From contig CAJAVM010000021.1 of NCBI GenBank assembly GCA_903945435.1, positions 1-57,586 on the forward strand: DNA of 57,586 nucleotides, written 5' to 3'. The stretch's first letter is position 1; every line of letters starts with the position of its first letter. Origin of the DNA: an uncultured bacterium (GTDB taxonomy: Bacteria > Patescibacteriota > Patescibacteriia > Patescibacteriales > UBA12465). The notes under the pieces were generated by a model. The model worked only from the letters and a program-made list of their open reading frames with translations. It was not told where the DNA came from and ran no database searches. This document shows positions 36,040 to 46,020 of this stretch, piece by piece. The translations under genes and the position numbers were made by a program.

Positions 36040-36378
36040 TAGGTTCTTTAACTAACTCCTTACATCCTTATGCCAATGCTGACGTGGCAAGGAATCCCCG
36101 AGCAATACAAAACTAGCGTGCTAATAAAAAAGAAATAAGATTTAATAAAAGTCAAAAAGAAATTTTTACTAAATCTCATTGAAAATTAGCAAAAATAATT
36201 AAAATATTAAGTTTTAACATGCTAGGAGTTGGTACAAGATACGCTCTTAAGTCAGCAAGTAGCTTCAAATTCCCTAATGATACCAAAAAATGTGCATCAT
36301 GAGGGATGAGGCTCAGACGATGGCCCAGTATTTATTAATTTTATATAATAAAAAGAGGCCCGTTCTGGGCCTCTTTTT
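36040..36378 (+). ncRNA. candidate large structured ncRNA (raiA-like)
   Basis: Promoter, several long-range stems, a 7-bp loop pseudoknot and terminator aaaaagaggccc/gggcctctttt; no credible CDS. Confidence 0.6.
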
Positions 36379-36451
36379 ATTTTCAAAAAACTCCTGTATA
36401 TTAGAACCGTAATTGATGAGCCTTTTATAAGTAGGCTCCATTCTAAAAAAT

Positions 36452-37516
36452 ATGGCATTATCAATCGGAATTGTTGGCCTGCCTAACGTGGGCAAATCAA
36501 CTCTATTTAACTTATTAACCAAAAAGGGCGTTGAAGCGGCTAACTATCCTTTTTGTACCATAGACCCAAATGTTGGCGTGGTTAAAGTCCCGGACGCTCG
36601 CTTAGAAAAACTAGCCGAAGTTTCTAAACCTAAAAAAATCATTCCCACGACTATTGAGTTCGTTGATATTGCTGGTTTAGTCGCTGGAGCAAGCAAGGGC
36701 GAAGGTCTAGGGAACCAATTTCTTGCTCATATCAGAGAGTGTAATGCGATTTGTGAAGTAATTAGAGATTTTAAAGATAAAAATATTATTCATGTTAACG
36801 GGAAGATAGACCCCGCTGATGATAAGGAAACAATTAACATGGAGCTCATCTTTGCAGATTTAGCAACCGTTGAAAAAAGACTAGATAGAATGAGACGCGA
36901 TGTGAAGAGTGGTGACAAGGAAATTAAAAACAACTTGATAGTACTAGAAAAAATCTTTGCTCAACTCAGCGCCGGGAAAGCAGTAAGAGAATTAGAATTC
37001 GAAGAAGAAGATTTAGTCTTTGTTAAAAGTTTAAGTTTATTAACAATTAAACCAATTCTCTATCTTCTAAACACCGATGAAGAAACAGCTGGCGATGTGC
37101 TTCCAGGGACTAATGAAGAAATCATCAATGTCAATGTAAAACTTGAAGAAGAAATTGTTAATTTACCAGAAGAAGACCAAGCAGAATATATTAAAGAACT
37201 CGGGCTATCACAAAGCGGGCTTGATAGACTTATCCAAAGTGCTTACAAACTACTTGGCCTAGATACTTTTTTTACAACTGGACCAGATGAGACTAGGGCG
37301 TGGACTATCAAAAAAGGCTCTAAAGCCCCTCAAGCCGCCGGAGAAATCCACACTGATTTTATTAAAGGCTTCGTTCGTGCTGAAGTTATTAACTGGGAAA
37401 AGTTTATTGAATGTGGTTCAGAAGGAAAAGCTAAAGAACTGGGCCTGATGAAAATTGAAGGCAAGGAATACATTGTACAAGATGGTGATGTCTGTAATTT
37501 TTTGATTAATAAATAA
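36452..37516 (+). CDS. ychF: redox-regulated ATPase YchF
   Basis: [41 protein letters not shown] domain. Confidence 0.96.
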   Translation: MALSIGIVGLPNVGKSTLFNLLTKKGVEAANYPFCTIDPNVGVVKVPDARLEKLAEVSKPKKIIPTTIEFVDIAGLVAGASKGEGLGNQFLAHIRECNAICEVIRDFKDKNIIHVNGKIDPADDKETINMELIFADLATVEKRLDRMRRDVKSGDKEIKNNLIVLEKIFAQLSAGKAVRELEFEEEDLVFVKSLSLLTIKPILYLLNTDEETAGDVLPGTNEEIINVNVKLEEEIVNLPEEDQAEYIKELGLSQSGLDRLIQSAYKLLGLDTFFTTGPDETRAWTIKKGSKAPQAAGEIHTDFIKGFVRAEVINWEKFIECGSEGKAKELGLMKIEGKEYIVQDGDVCNFLINK

Positions 37517-37534
37517 GCTTTCAAGACAATACAA

Positions 37535-37565
37535 AAAAACCGCCCCTACTTAGGGGGCGGTTTTT
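37535..37565. terminator. bidirectional terminator
   Basis: aaaaaccgcccct...gggggcggttttt between convergent genes. Confidence 0.8.
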
Positions 37566-37586
37566 AAATTGAATTTAATATAAGTA

Positions 37587-38780
37587 TTATTCTTTTTCCA
37601 GTACTACTATTTCTCTAAATACTTTTTGGCCTGGTCGGCCATAGATAATAGTATCTCTTCTAGTTGTTGTTTTTTTTATAATATCATTATCTCTTAAAAA
37701 TTCCGGTAAAAAATTAATAACTTTAAAACCATTAAAATTAGGGGTTATCGGTTTATTACCATAAAACACAGGCCAAATCATTACAACTCGTCCTCCTGGA
37801 ACTAAAACTTCACAAAACTCTTTTATCGCTCCAGTATATAAACTATTTAATTCTTTAATAATTTGTTCGAAGTCTATCTGGCCTCTTTGTGGACCGAGGT
37901 AAGGCTCGGTAACAATTGCGTTTACGCTTTCCGCTTTAACAAACTTAGATAAGGCTAAAACATTTTTAACTAAAAACTTAAACTTAATATCGTTCAATTT
38001 ATATAATTCTTTCATCCAAGAAATATTTTTTTTCGTATCTTCAATAGCTCTAATCGATAAATCGGAACCAAAAATATTTTTATAACCCATAATGATTGCC
38101 TCACTTAAGATTGTTCCAGACCCGCAAAAAGGATCAACAATCAAAGCATCCTTGCTATTAACTTGAGCTAAGTTAATCATAATTTGAGCTAGCTTAGGTG
38201 GTATCATTCCTGATAAATCGTCTCTTGCTGGACGACCAAAATCACGAAGCGATAAATCTTTAAAAGGTTGGACCGCTAAAGTCTCGCCAATAAAGATTTT
38301 ATTTTCATGTTCTACTAAAATAATTTCAATTCCTCGAGTTAATAACTTATTTTGAGCAATTACAACACTAGATAAAGTTTTTTCGCGACTGACAACAAAA
38401 CGTGAACTCACATTTTCTTCACTAAAATGTTTTTTTAATCTTAAGCCTAAATCTTTTTTATCAAATACTCTCGCTCCATAATCAGAAAAACCAAAGTTAA
38501 ATTTACCTTCACGACTCGCTTGTTTTTTAGAATCAGCTAAATCAATTACATTCTGCAAAATAATATCTCGTCCGAATGGAGCTGATAATTCCTCACGGAT
38601 TATTCCTATCTTAATAGTTCCTCCTAAATTAGTAATTAAAGTTTCTGGATTAATTTCGGCTGAACTTTCTACAATTAAAAAATCAGCGGCTACCAAAACA
38701 GCGTCTTTAACATCCATCAGTGAAGCAAGTTCAGCAATAGATAAGGCTGTATTATTTCCTAAAACAAAAAAGTATTTCAT
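37587..38780 (-). CDS. Trm11/TrmG10-like tRNA guanine-N2 methyltransferase
   Basis: GMIPPKLAQIMINL, DPFCGSGT, TEPYLGP; THUMP-like N-terminal half. Confidence 0.75.
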   Translation of the reverse strand: MKYFFVLGNNTALSIAELASLMDVKDAVLVAADFLIVESSAEINPETLITNLGGTIKIGIIREELSAPFGRDIILQNVIDLADSKKQASREGKFNFGFSDYGARVFDKKDLGLRLKKHFSEENVSSRFVVSREKTLSSVVIAQNKLLTRGIEIILVEHENKIFIGETLAVQPFKDLSLRDFGRPARDDLSGMIPPKLAQIMINLAQVNSKDALIVDPFCGSGTILSEAIIMGYKNIFGSDLSIRAIEDTKKNISWMKELYKLNDIKFKFLVKNVLALSKFVKAESVNAIVTEPYLGPQRGQIDFEQIIKELNSLYTGAIKEFCEVLVPGGRVVMIWPVFYGNKPITPNFNGFKVINFLPEFLRDNDIIKKTTTRRDTIIYGRPGQKVFREIVVLEKE

Positions 38781-38835
38781 ATAAAACTATCATAACCCGC
38801 CCTCTTGCTTTTTGCAAATATCTATGTTAAAGTCC

Positions 38836-38985
38836 TTATACAAATAAATAATAACGATATCTTTCCCATGTTTCAGCCTTGTTGCTGAAATAATTCTGCT
38901 AATACTAGTAGAATTAAAGGTATTCTAAGCCCCAAAGGTTCTTGGAATACTTGGGGATTTTATTTAAATATCGGATTTTGTATAA
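38836..38985 (+). promoter_or_regulatory. multibranched structured leader upstream of rpsF
   Basis: Closing stems ttatacaaa/tttgtataa, cgatat/atatcg and ttccca/tgggga enclose three hairpins. Confidence 0.55.
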
Positions 38986-39044
38986 TTTAGCGATTTTTTA
39001 AAAATCGTTTAAATTGGCTTTATCCCTTAAGTATTATAATAAAT

Positions 39045-39569
39045 ATGTCTAAGACAAAAAAATCAACTATTGGTCATTATGAAATGCTTTTCATTATGCC
39101 AAACAAATTTACCGAGGACGAAGCAAAAACAGTCATTGAAAAAGTTGAAAAGACTATCGCTGATGGCAGTGGTCAAATCACTTCTCGTGAATACTGGGGC
39201 AAAAAGAAGCTTGCTTACGAAATCAAACACAACTCTTATGGCTATTATAGCCTTTGCGAGTTTGATTTAGAAAAAAATGCTTTAGCTGCTATTGATCAAA
39301 GCTTACGTCTATCAACCGACGTTCTTCGTCATCAAATCATCATCAAAAAATCAAAAACTGAAGAAGAGCTTGCTCATGACAAGAAAATTAACGAAAAAAT
39401 TGTCGCTAAAAAAGCCGAAGAAGAAAAAGAGGCCAAGTTGAAAGAAAAGAAACAGGCTGATACTCCAGAAGCGACTCCTAAAGCTGCTCCTAAAAAGGAA
39501 AAAAGAACTGATATGAAAGACTTGGACGAAAAATTGGAAGGCATTTTAAGTGCTAAAGATTTAATTTAA
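39045..39569 (+). CDS. rpsF: 30S ribosomal protein S6 with charged C-terminal extension
   Basis: YEMLFI, WGKKKLAYEI, VLRH. Confidence 0.94.
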   Translation: MSKTKKSTIGHYEMLFIMPNKFTEDEAKTVIEKVEKTIADGSGQITSREYWGKKKLAYEIKHNSYGYYSLCEFDLEKNALAAIDQSLRLSTDVLRHQIIIKKSKTEEELAHDKKINEKIVAKKAEEEKEAKLKEKKQADTPEATPKAAPKKEKRTDMKDLDEKLEGILSAKDLI

Positions 39570-39618
39570 TAATCCTGCTTCCGCCGCTTGCGGCTGGACT
39601 TAGGATTTGTCCAACAAT

Positions 39619-40056
39619 ATGAATTTAAACAAAGCCATGATCATCGGCAATGTAACCCGTGATCCTGAATTGAAAAATACCCCATCTGGACAAAGCGTCG
39701 TTTCTTTCGGAGTTGCAACTAACTTGGTCTGGACTGATCAAGGAGGCCAACAACAAAAGAAAACTGAGTTTCACAACATAATCGCCTGGAGAAAGTTAGC
39801 TGAAGTTTGTGCTAAATATTTAAAAAAAGGTTCAAAAGTTTATATCGAAGGTCGCCTACAAACAACTGATTGGACCGGACAAGATGGTGTAAAAAGATAT
39901 AGAACCGAAATTGTTGCTGAGAATATGATTATGTTAGATAGCAAAATGGGCGGAGCTCCAAGTGGACCTTCAATGTCAGGCCCTAGCGAAGAAATCATCG
40001 AGATCCCTGAGGATCCCATGGAAGAGGAAATACGCGTTGAAAATATTCCTTTTTAA
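39619..40056 (+). CDS. ssb: single-stranded DNA-binding protein
   Basis: LNKAMIIGNVTRDPE, KGSKVYIEGRLQT, C-terminal IPF. Confidence 0.96.
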   Translation: MNLNKAMIIGNVTRDPELKNTPSGQSVVSFGVATNLVWTDQGGQQQKKTEFHNIIAWRKLAEVCAKYLKKGSKVYIEGRLQTTDWTGQDGVKRYRTEIVAENMIMLDSKMGGAPSGPSMSGPSEEIIEIPEDPMEEEIRVENIPF

Positions 40057-40068
40057 TAATTAATAAAT

Positions 40069-40281
40069 ATGAACAATAAGAAAACAAAAGAATGCTACTT
40101 TTGCGTTAATAACCTAGAAGTAGATTATAAAGATACCAGAACTCTAAAACGTTTTATTAACTTTTACATGAAGATTCTTCCTGGAAAAAGAACTGGCGTT
40201 TGTGCTTGGCATCAAAGAAAATTAGCAACTGCTATTAAACGTTCTCGTGTAATGGCCCTTTTATCTGCTACTCATAAATAA
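40069..40281 (+). CDS. rpsR: 30S ribosomal protein S18
   Basis: CYFC, DYKD, KILP..RTG.CAWHQR, AIKRSR. Confidence 0.94.
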   Translation: MNNKKTKECYFCVNNLEVDYKDTRTLKRFINFYMKILPGKRTGVCAWHQRKLATAIKRSRVMALLSATHK

Positions 40282-40298
40282 GCTTAACGATAAAACCT

Positions 40299-40859
40299 AT
40301 GCTAAATTTTAACGAAATAAAAACCGGCAAGGTAATTAAGTTAAACAGCGAGCCTTACGTTATTATTAAAACTGATCATCATAAAACAGCTCGTAGCGGT
40401 TCAGTTTTGAAAATTAAATGCCGCAACTTAATTAACGGCAATATCTTAGAAAGAACTTATCAAGGAGCAGAAAAGGCTGAAGAAGGTGATACGGAAACAA
40501 AAAAAGCGAACTTCATGTACAAAGAAAAGGAGGAAGCTTATTTCATGGATAATGAGAGTTACGAACAATTTAATCTACCGCTCGAAGAAATCGGTGAATC
40601 TGCTAAATTTTTAAAGGATGGAACTGATGTTGATGTTCTATATTTCGAAGGTAGGCCAGTAACTATCAGCTTACCTATTAAAATGGAATTTAAAGTTGTT
40701 AGTGCCCCACCTAGTGTTAAGGGTAATTCTGCCGGTAATGTAAACAAACAGGTAGAAATAGAAACCGGAGCTTTAATTAACGTCCCTTTATTCATTGATG
40801 AGGGTGATGTTATTAGAATAAACACTGATACCGGAGAATACGTGGAAAGAGTAAGTTAA
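40299..40859 (+). CDS. efp: elongation factor P
   Basis: FMDNESYEQ, KGNSA, ETGA..VPLFI, GEYVER. Confidence 0.95.
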   Translation: MLNFNEIKTGKVIKLNSEPYVIIKTDHHKTARSGSVLKIKCRNLINGNILERTYQGAEKAEEGDTETKKANFMYKEKEEAYFMDNESYEQFNLPLEEIGESAKFLKDGTDVDVLYFEGRPVTISLPIKMEFKVVSAPPSVKGNSAGNVNKQVEIETGALINVPLFIDEGDVIRINTDTGEYVERVS

Positions 40860-40962
40860 TCTTCACATAAAACAAGAACACTTCCACCACAAGGAGGTGT
40901 TTTTGTTTATTTTTGTTTAATTAGCTCAAATGGTATAATAAAAATATAATCAAAATGCTTTT

Positions 40963-42342
40963 GTGATATCCGTCTTAATTTTAGCTTTAATATTTTTTAC
41001 GGTAATAGCGAGCCTGCGTACAGACTTAGCACTCTTTTTTATTGTTGCTCTACTTCCCTCATATTTAATTCGCTTTAGCACTTTTGGCATACCTTTTACA
41101 TTTTTAGAAGCGATGGTTTTAATCAGTTTCGCGGCTTGGTTTATCAAAAATGTTTTTCCGAATTTTAAAAATTGGCTACAAAACAGACGACAGCGCGTCG
41201 CCTACCCATTTGGACTCGAAATAATTGCAATTATTGTAATTTCATTTATTGCTGTTGGGGTAACAGGATTCAATACTAGTGCGATGGGTATTTGGAAAGC
41301 TTATTTTTTTGAACCGATTCTAGTATTTATTTTAATTTTAAATGTTTGGCCACAAGAGAAAGGGAGAAAAAAAATAATGACTGCTCTTCTCATCGGGGCT
41401 GTCGGGACAGCTCTTGTCGCTCTATTCCAACAAGCGACCGGCTTATTTATTTTTAATAAATTTTGGGCAGCCGCGGAAACAAGACGCGTTGTTTCTTTTT
41501 TTGGATATCCTAATGCAGTTGGACTTTTTCTAGCACCACTAGTAATGATTTTTTCGGGATGGTTATTATCTATTAAAGAAACAACCATCAAAAGTTGGAT
41601 ACACAGAATAATAATCGGTCTCACTATAATCATCTCTTTATTAGCAATTTACTTTGCAAAGTCTGAGGGAGCCTTGGTTGGTTTGATTGCGGCTATATTC
41701 CTATTCGGCATCTTCGCCAGCAAAAAATCAAGAATCATTTTCATTGTCGGAGCGGTATTAGTAATCGTAACAACTCTCTCGGTACCAAAATTAAAAACAT
41801 ATGCTACAGAAAAAATATTACTCCGTGATTTATCCGGTGAAATAAGACAAAGGCAATGGACAGAAACAATGATGACTTTCAAGGGCTGGAAAATAGTAAC
41901 TGGAAATGGTTTAAGTGGTTACCCAGCGGCCGTACAACAATATCATCAAGAAGGAATATTTTTTAATCGCGATAACATAGAAAATTTTGATTCCAAGTTA
42001 TACGGAAGTGCGGAATTACGTGCTAAATATTGGCAACCAGTAGAAATATACATGTACCCTCATAATATTTTCTTAAACTTTTGGAGCGAACTAGGAATAT
42101 TTGGATTAATCATATTTGTCTGGCTAATTGCTAAATATCTAGTCATATCTTTAAAAATAGCACTTCCAAAAAATGGACCAAAAAATTATTTAGCCTTAGG
42201 ATTGTTTAGTGCAATGATAGTTATAGTTATCCACGGGTTAGTCGATGTTCCTTATTTTAAAAATGATTTATCAATAATGTTTTTCATTTTTCTAGCTTTA
42301 CTAGGCTCGCTAATGTTAGATAATCAAATAAAAAAAATATAA
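40963..42342 (+). CDS. O-antigen ligase family membrane protein
   Basis: Multi-TM; FFGYPN, KSEGA, PHNIFLNFWSELG. Confidence 0.85.
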   Translation: MISVLILALIFFTVIASLRTDLALFFIVALLPSYLIRFSTFGIPFTFLEAMVLISFAAWFIKNVFPNFKNWLQNRRQRVAYPFGLEIIAIIVISFIAVGVTGFNTSAMGIWKAYFFEPILVFILILNVWPQEKGRKKIMTALLIGAVGTALVALFQQATGLFIFNKFWAAAETRRVVSFFGYPNAVGLFLAPLVMIFSGWLLSIKETTIKSWIHRIIIGLTIIISLLAIYFAKSEGALVGLIAAIFLFGIFASKKSRIIFIVGAVLVIVTTLSVPKLKTYATEKILLRDLSGEIRQRQWTETMMTFKGWKIVTGNGLSGYPAAVQQYHQEGIFFNRDNIENFDSKLYGSAELRAKYWQPVEIYMYPHNIFLNFWSELGIFGLIIFVWLIAKYLVISLKIALPKNGPKNYLALGLFSAMIVIVIHGLVDVPYFKNDLSIMFFIFLALLGSLMLDNQIKKI

Positions 42343-42352
42343 ATATAATAAT

Positions 42353-43078
42353 ATGAATGCAGTTTTACAAAAAGTAATCGCTGATAGCGGCTTAGCCTCC
42401 AGACGAGAAGCGGAAAAAATGATAAAAATGGGCTCAATTAAAGTTAATGGTAAACTAGCTATCTTAGGAGATAGAGCTGATATAACCAAAGACATTGTTA
42501 CCTTTCGAGGAAAACCATTACCGCAATCCGTTGGTAAAATTTATATTAAACTAAATAAACCTGTCGGATATACCTGTACTAACCGCTCATTTCCTGGTGA
42601 ACAAAATGTTTTTCAGCTTATATCTTTAAAAGATAGATTATTTTCTATTGGCCGCTTAGATAAGGATAGCCGTGGAATAATCATTTTAACCAATGATGGC
42701 GATTTGGCTCAAAAAATTTCTCATCCGAAATTACAGCATGAAAAAGTATACGAGGTTAAACTTTTCCAACAAAGAGGTGAGGATTTTTCTGAATATGAAG
42801 GAAGACAAATTGCCTATCTACTAACCAAAGGGGTTGAAATCGGAGAAGGAGACGGAATAGTAAAAGCAAAAAGAGCTGAATATTTACAAGATAATCATTT
42901 TATCGTAACCTTAGGCGAGGGGAGAAAAAGACAAATCAGAAGAATGTTCGGTGGCTTAAAATTAAGGGTTGCTGATTTACAAAGAACTAACTTCGCTGGC
43001 ATTGGACTAGGTGGGATTAAAGAAGGCGAATGGAGAAATTTAAGTCCTCAAGAAGTAGAAAAATTAAAAAATAAATAG
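42353..43078 (+). CDS. RsuA/RluB-family pseudouridine synthase
   Basis: S4 domain SRREAE, GRLDKDS, EGRKRQIRRM. Confidence 0.92.
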   Translation: MNAVLQKVIADSGLASRREAEKMIKMGSIKVNGKLAILGDRADITKDIVTFRGKPLPQSVGKIYIKLNKPVGYTCTNRSFPGEQNVFQLISLKDRLFSIGRLDKDSRGIIILTNDGDLAQKISHPKLQHEKVYEVKLFQQRGEDFSEYEGRQIAYLLTKGVEIGEGDGIVKAKRAEYLQDNHFIVTLGEGRKRQIRRMFGGLKLRVADLQRTNFAGIGLGGIKEGEWRNLSPQEVEKLKNK

Positions 43079-43083
43079 AACCG

Positions 43084-43171
43084 GGAGACGTGGCAGAGCT
43101 GGTTGAATGCGCCACACTCGAAATGTGGTATACCAGAAATGGTATCAGGGGTTCAAATCCTCTCGTCTCCG
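43084..43171 (+). tRNA. tRNA-Ser (CGA)
   Basis: ggagacg/cgtctcc, anticodon loop ctcgaaa, long variable arm; terminator at 43179-43204. Confidence 0.94.
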
Positions 43172-43253
43172 CAGACGCAAAAGACCCTAACAAGGGTCTT
43201 TTTTATTTGAACTAAACGTTTCTTGATGATAATATAAAAGAAATAATAACTAT

Positions 43254-43751
43254 ATGTCCAAAATAACAATTAGATACCAGTTAGTTAAGGATGCTAAAAG
43301 ATTTTTTGAAATTTTAAATAATCCTAACTTTATTTATTTTTCAGTTACTGTAAATTCCATTGCTGATGAAAAAAAGATATTAAAAGAAAATCCGAAACGT
43401 AGAAAAAATAACGAGTCCTGGAATTATTCTATTCTCTATGATAACCAAGTGGTCGGTGGAATCGGAATAAGAATTAACCAAGCTCGAAAATTTACTGGAG
43501 AGATTGGTTATTTTGTTGATGAGAAATATTGGGGAAAAGGAATAACGACGGAAGCAGTTAAGCTAGCCGAGCAAGAGGGATTTAAAAAACTCGGCTTAAC
43601 CCGAATAGAAATACTAATGCAACCAAAAAACAAAGCAAGCGAAAAAGTTGCTATAAAAAATGGTTATACAAAAGAGGGTAAATTAAAAAAAGCTATTAAA
43701 GATAAAAACGGCATTATGAAAGATGCATTTTTGTATGCTAAAGTTTTATAA
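43254..43751 (+). CDS. RimJ/RimL-type GNAT acetyltransferase
   Basis: EIGY, YWGKGITTEA, NKASEKVAIKNGY. Confidence 0.9.
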   Translation: MSKITIRYQLVKDAKRFFEILNNPNFIYFSVTVNSIADEKKILKENPKRRKNNESWNYSILYDNQVVGGIGIRINQARKFTGEIGYFVDEKYWGKGITTEAVKLAEQEGFKKLGLTRIEILMQPKNKASEKVAIKNGYTKEGKLKKAIKDKNGIMKDAFLYAKVL

Positions 43752-43753
43752 AT

Positions 43754-44173
43754 ATGAAAAAGAAAATTAAACTTCCACACGATAATGCTTATACTAGGCT
43801 AGCGCCCTCTAAAATACAGGGTATTGGAGTTTTTGCAATCAGAGATATACCTAAAGGCGTAAATGTTTTTGAAGGAGAAACAAGTAAACTAATTTGGTTT
43901 AGTAAAAAACAAGTAGATGGTCTCGAGCCGGCAATAAAAAAGTTGTACGAGGATTTTTGTATTTTGGAAGGAGATAATTATGGCGCGCCAGATAACTTCA
44001 ATAATATTTCTATCGGCTGGTATTTAAATCATAACTCTAAAAATCCAAATATTATTTGCAATTCAGACTGCGAATATATTTCTAAACGAAAAATACTTAA
44101 AGGCGAAGAACTAAGTGTTAATTATTCTAGTTTCGCTGATAACCATGCGCATCTAGCAAAAAATAGAAAATAA
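43754..44173 (+). CDS. SET-domain protein
   Basis: GIGVFA.RDIPKG, YLNHN..PN, GEELSVNY. Confidence 0.88.
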   Translation: MKKKIKLPHDNAYTRLAPSKIQGIGVFAIRDIPKGVNVFEGETSKLIWFSKKQVDGLEPAIKKLYEDFCILEGDNYGAPDNFNNISIGWYLNHNSKNPNIICNSDCEYISKRKILKGEELSVNYSSFADNHAHLAKNRK

Positions 44174-44219
44174 AAAAGCTTCGTGTCCAACATTAGTTGT
44201 TGAAAACGAAGCTCTTTTT

Positions 44220-44792
44220 TTATCCCACGATGAGAAAATATAGGTGATGGTTTTTTATCACCCAATCATAAATTGTACCCAGCATGAGCCCATGTTCGGT
44301 ATCCCTACTCAAACTTGGAAAAGATTTAATTGCTCTCCCTAAAGAGTTATACTCTCTAGTTGCGAGAACAAAAAAATCTTGTTGGTTCAGAAAATCTTTT
44401 TCCTGAACTGCTATTTGAGCCAACATACTCAGTTCAATAATTCCGGCCGCTTCTTTTTGATAAGCAGCTAAGAGTTCATAAACTTTGGTCATGTCTGGAT
44501 AAGGCAAAGCTTTATCTTCCCACAAATCAACTAGCGATAGTTTCACTCTTCGAGTTCCTCTTTTAATGGAGTTAACTTTAAAAAGATCCTGATTATCAAC
44601 TAAATCAATTACGGGCAGCAAAGCGCCAAGCGTGGTCTTACCATAATCAATGGTAATGACTCTCTCCCAAACAACTTGCAGTTTGGGTTTTAAAATTTGG
44701 ACATAGTCCAATTGAGGAAACTGCTGTTTGCGAATAACAGCTGGTAAAAAACTTGCTTTGTTCATCTTTACGATTTTAAAATTAAAGGACAA
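44220..44792 (-). CDS. hypothetical protein
   Basis: 190-aa ORF ending at a shared hairpin (44172-44220); start uncertain. Confidence 0.6.
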   Translation of the reverse strand: MSFNFKIVKMNKASFLPAVIRKQQFPQLDYVQILKPKLQVVWERVITIDYGKTTLGALLPVIDLVDNQDLFKVNSIKRGTRRVKLSLVDLWEDKALPYPDMTKVYELLAAYQKEAAGIIELSMLAQIAVQEKDFLNQQDFFVLATREYNSLGRAIKSFPSLSRDTEHGLMLGTIYDWVIKNHHLYFLIVG

Positions 44793-44888
44793 TTATTTTA
44801 ACGCGACTACTATCTTACCCTGTTAGCTAATATTTGTCAATGTAAGACAAATAAAAACAACCTAACGATATTAGGTTGCTTTACAATG

Positions 44889-44962
44889 CGGAACGGAAGG
44901 GACTCGAACCCTCGACCTCCTGCGTGACAGGCAGGCGTTCTAACCAACTGAACTACCGCTCC
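44889..44962 (-). tRNA. tRNA-Asp (GTC)
   Basis: ggagcgg/ccgttcc, cctgc-ctgtcac-gcagg. Confidence 0.95.
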
Positions 44963-45149
44963 TTATATTTTTTGAAAAAGGCTTACTCAACAGTAAGTCA
45001 CAGAAAAAGCATAGCAAAAAGATTATTATTTGTCAAAAGGATTATGCCCTATAAAAACTTGCAAAAACAAGGGGTATATACTATAATTTAAACAGAACTA
45101 GAAAGATTTAGTTTTTTTAATTTACGCTAGTATAGAAAAAATAAACGAT

Positions 45150-45539
45150 ATGTCTGCGGAAAATAAAATCAGCCAAACAACAATTGAGGAAATTAAAGCC
45201 TCTCTTTTAACACAAAAAAAACAAATTTCAGAAGATTTACAAGATGTTTCTAAGATTGATAGTCATGAAGCCGATAATTTAGGTGCTCAATTTCCTGAAT
45301 ATGGCGATAAACCAGATGAAAATGCTCAAGAAATTAGTGATTTTTCTACAACCGTAGCTACTCAAAAAATATTAGAAAAAAGTCTAGAAGATATCAATAA
45401 AGCTCTAGAAAGAATCGAGAAAGGTACTTATGGTACCTGCAAATACTGTGGAAAATTAATTGCTGAAAAAAGATTAATGGCTAGGCCGACTGCCGGTGCC
45501 TGTGTAGCCTGTAAAACAGAGCTTCAAGAAAATGAATAA
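45150..45539 (+). CDS. TraR/DksA C4 zinc-finger protein
   Basis: ALERIEKGTYGTCKYC...RLMARP...CVAC. Confidence 0.9.
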   Translation: MSAENKISQTTIEEIKASLLTQKKQISEDLQDVSKIDSHEADNLGAQFPEYGDKPDENAQEISDFSTTVATQKILEKSLEDINKALERIEKGTYGTCKYCGKLIAEKRLMARPTAGACVACKTELQENE

Positions 45540-46020
45540 ACCTATCCTCAAAAAATACTTTACCGATATAGCTATTATACTAATAATAGCTATATTTTTT
45601 ATTGCCGATAGGTTATTTAAAGCTTTAGCTCTAAATATTAAAAGCGAAGACGCAAAAATTATTATTGACCCAATATTTCTTTTTAATTTTACCGAAAATA
45701 GAAATATTGCCTTTTCATTACCATTTAGCGGGCCAGTGCTTAATATAGTGATTATTTGCTTAATATTAGGTATAATATTTATAATAGGTCGCTTAATCTT
45801 TAGAGCCAAAAAGCTAACTTTAGAGGCCATGATATTGACATTTATCTTATTTGGTGCTATAAGTAATATAGTTGATCGTCTGCAATATGGCTTCGTAATT
45901 GACTATCTAGAAATAAAAAATTTCACAATTTTCAATTTAGCCGATGTCATGATTAGTGGCGGAGCATTATTTCTAATTCTTAAAAATTTTCAATCCATTA
46001 AAAAAGGCTATGATAAATAA
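45532..46020 (+). CDS. lspA: lipoprotein signal peptidase II
   Basis: N.NIAFS, GAISNIVDR, VIDY, FNLAD. Confidence 0.92.
   Translation: MNKPILKKYFTDIAIILIIAIFFIADRLFKALALNIKSEDAKIIIDPIFLFNFTENRNIAFSLPFSGPVLNIVIICLILGIIFIIGRLIFRAKKLTLEAMILTFILFGAISNIVDRLQYGFVIDYLEIKNFTIFNLADVMISGGALFLILKNFQSIKKGYDK

Noticed and set aside
36070-36138. 22-codon ORF MPMLTWQG... in the ncRNA region
   Set aside because: No RBS, and it overlaps the paired core; RNA structure explains the region better
36040-36378. tmRNA or RNase P RNA
   Set aside because: No tRNA-like ends or tag frame, and no GAGGAAAGUCC signature seen on either strand
44876-45091. 71-aa ORF
   Set aside because: Antisense translation of tRNA-Asp
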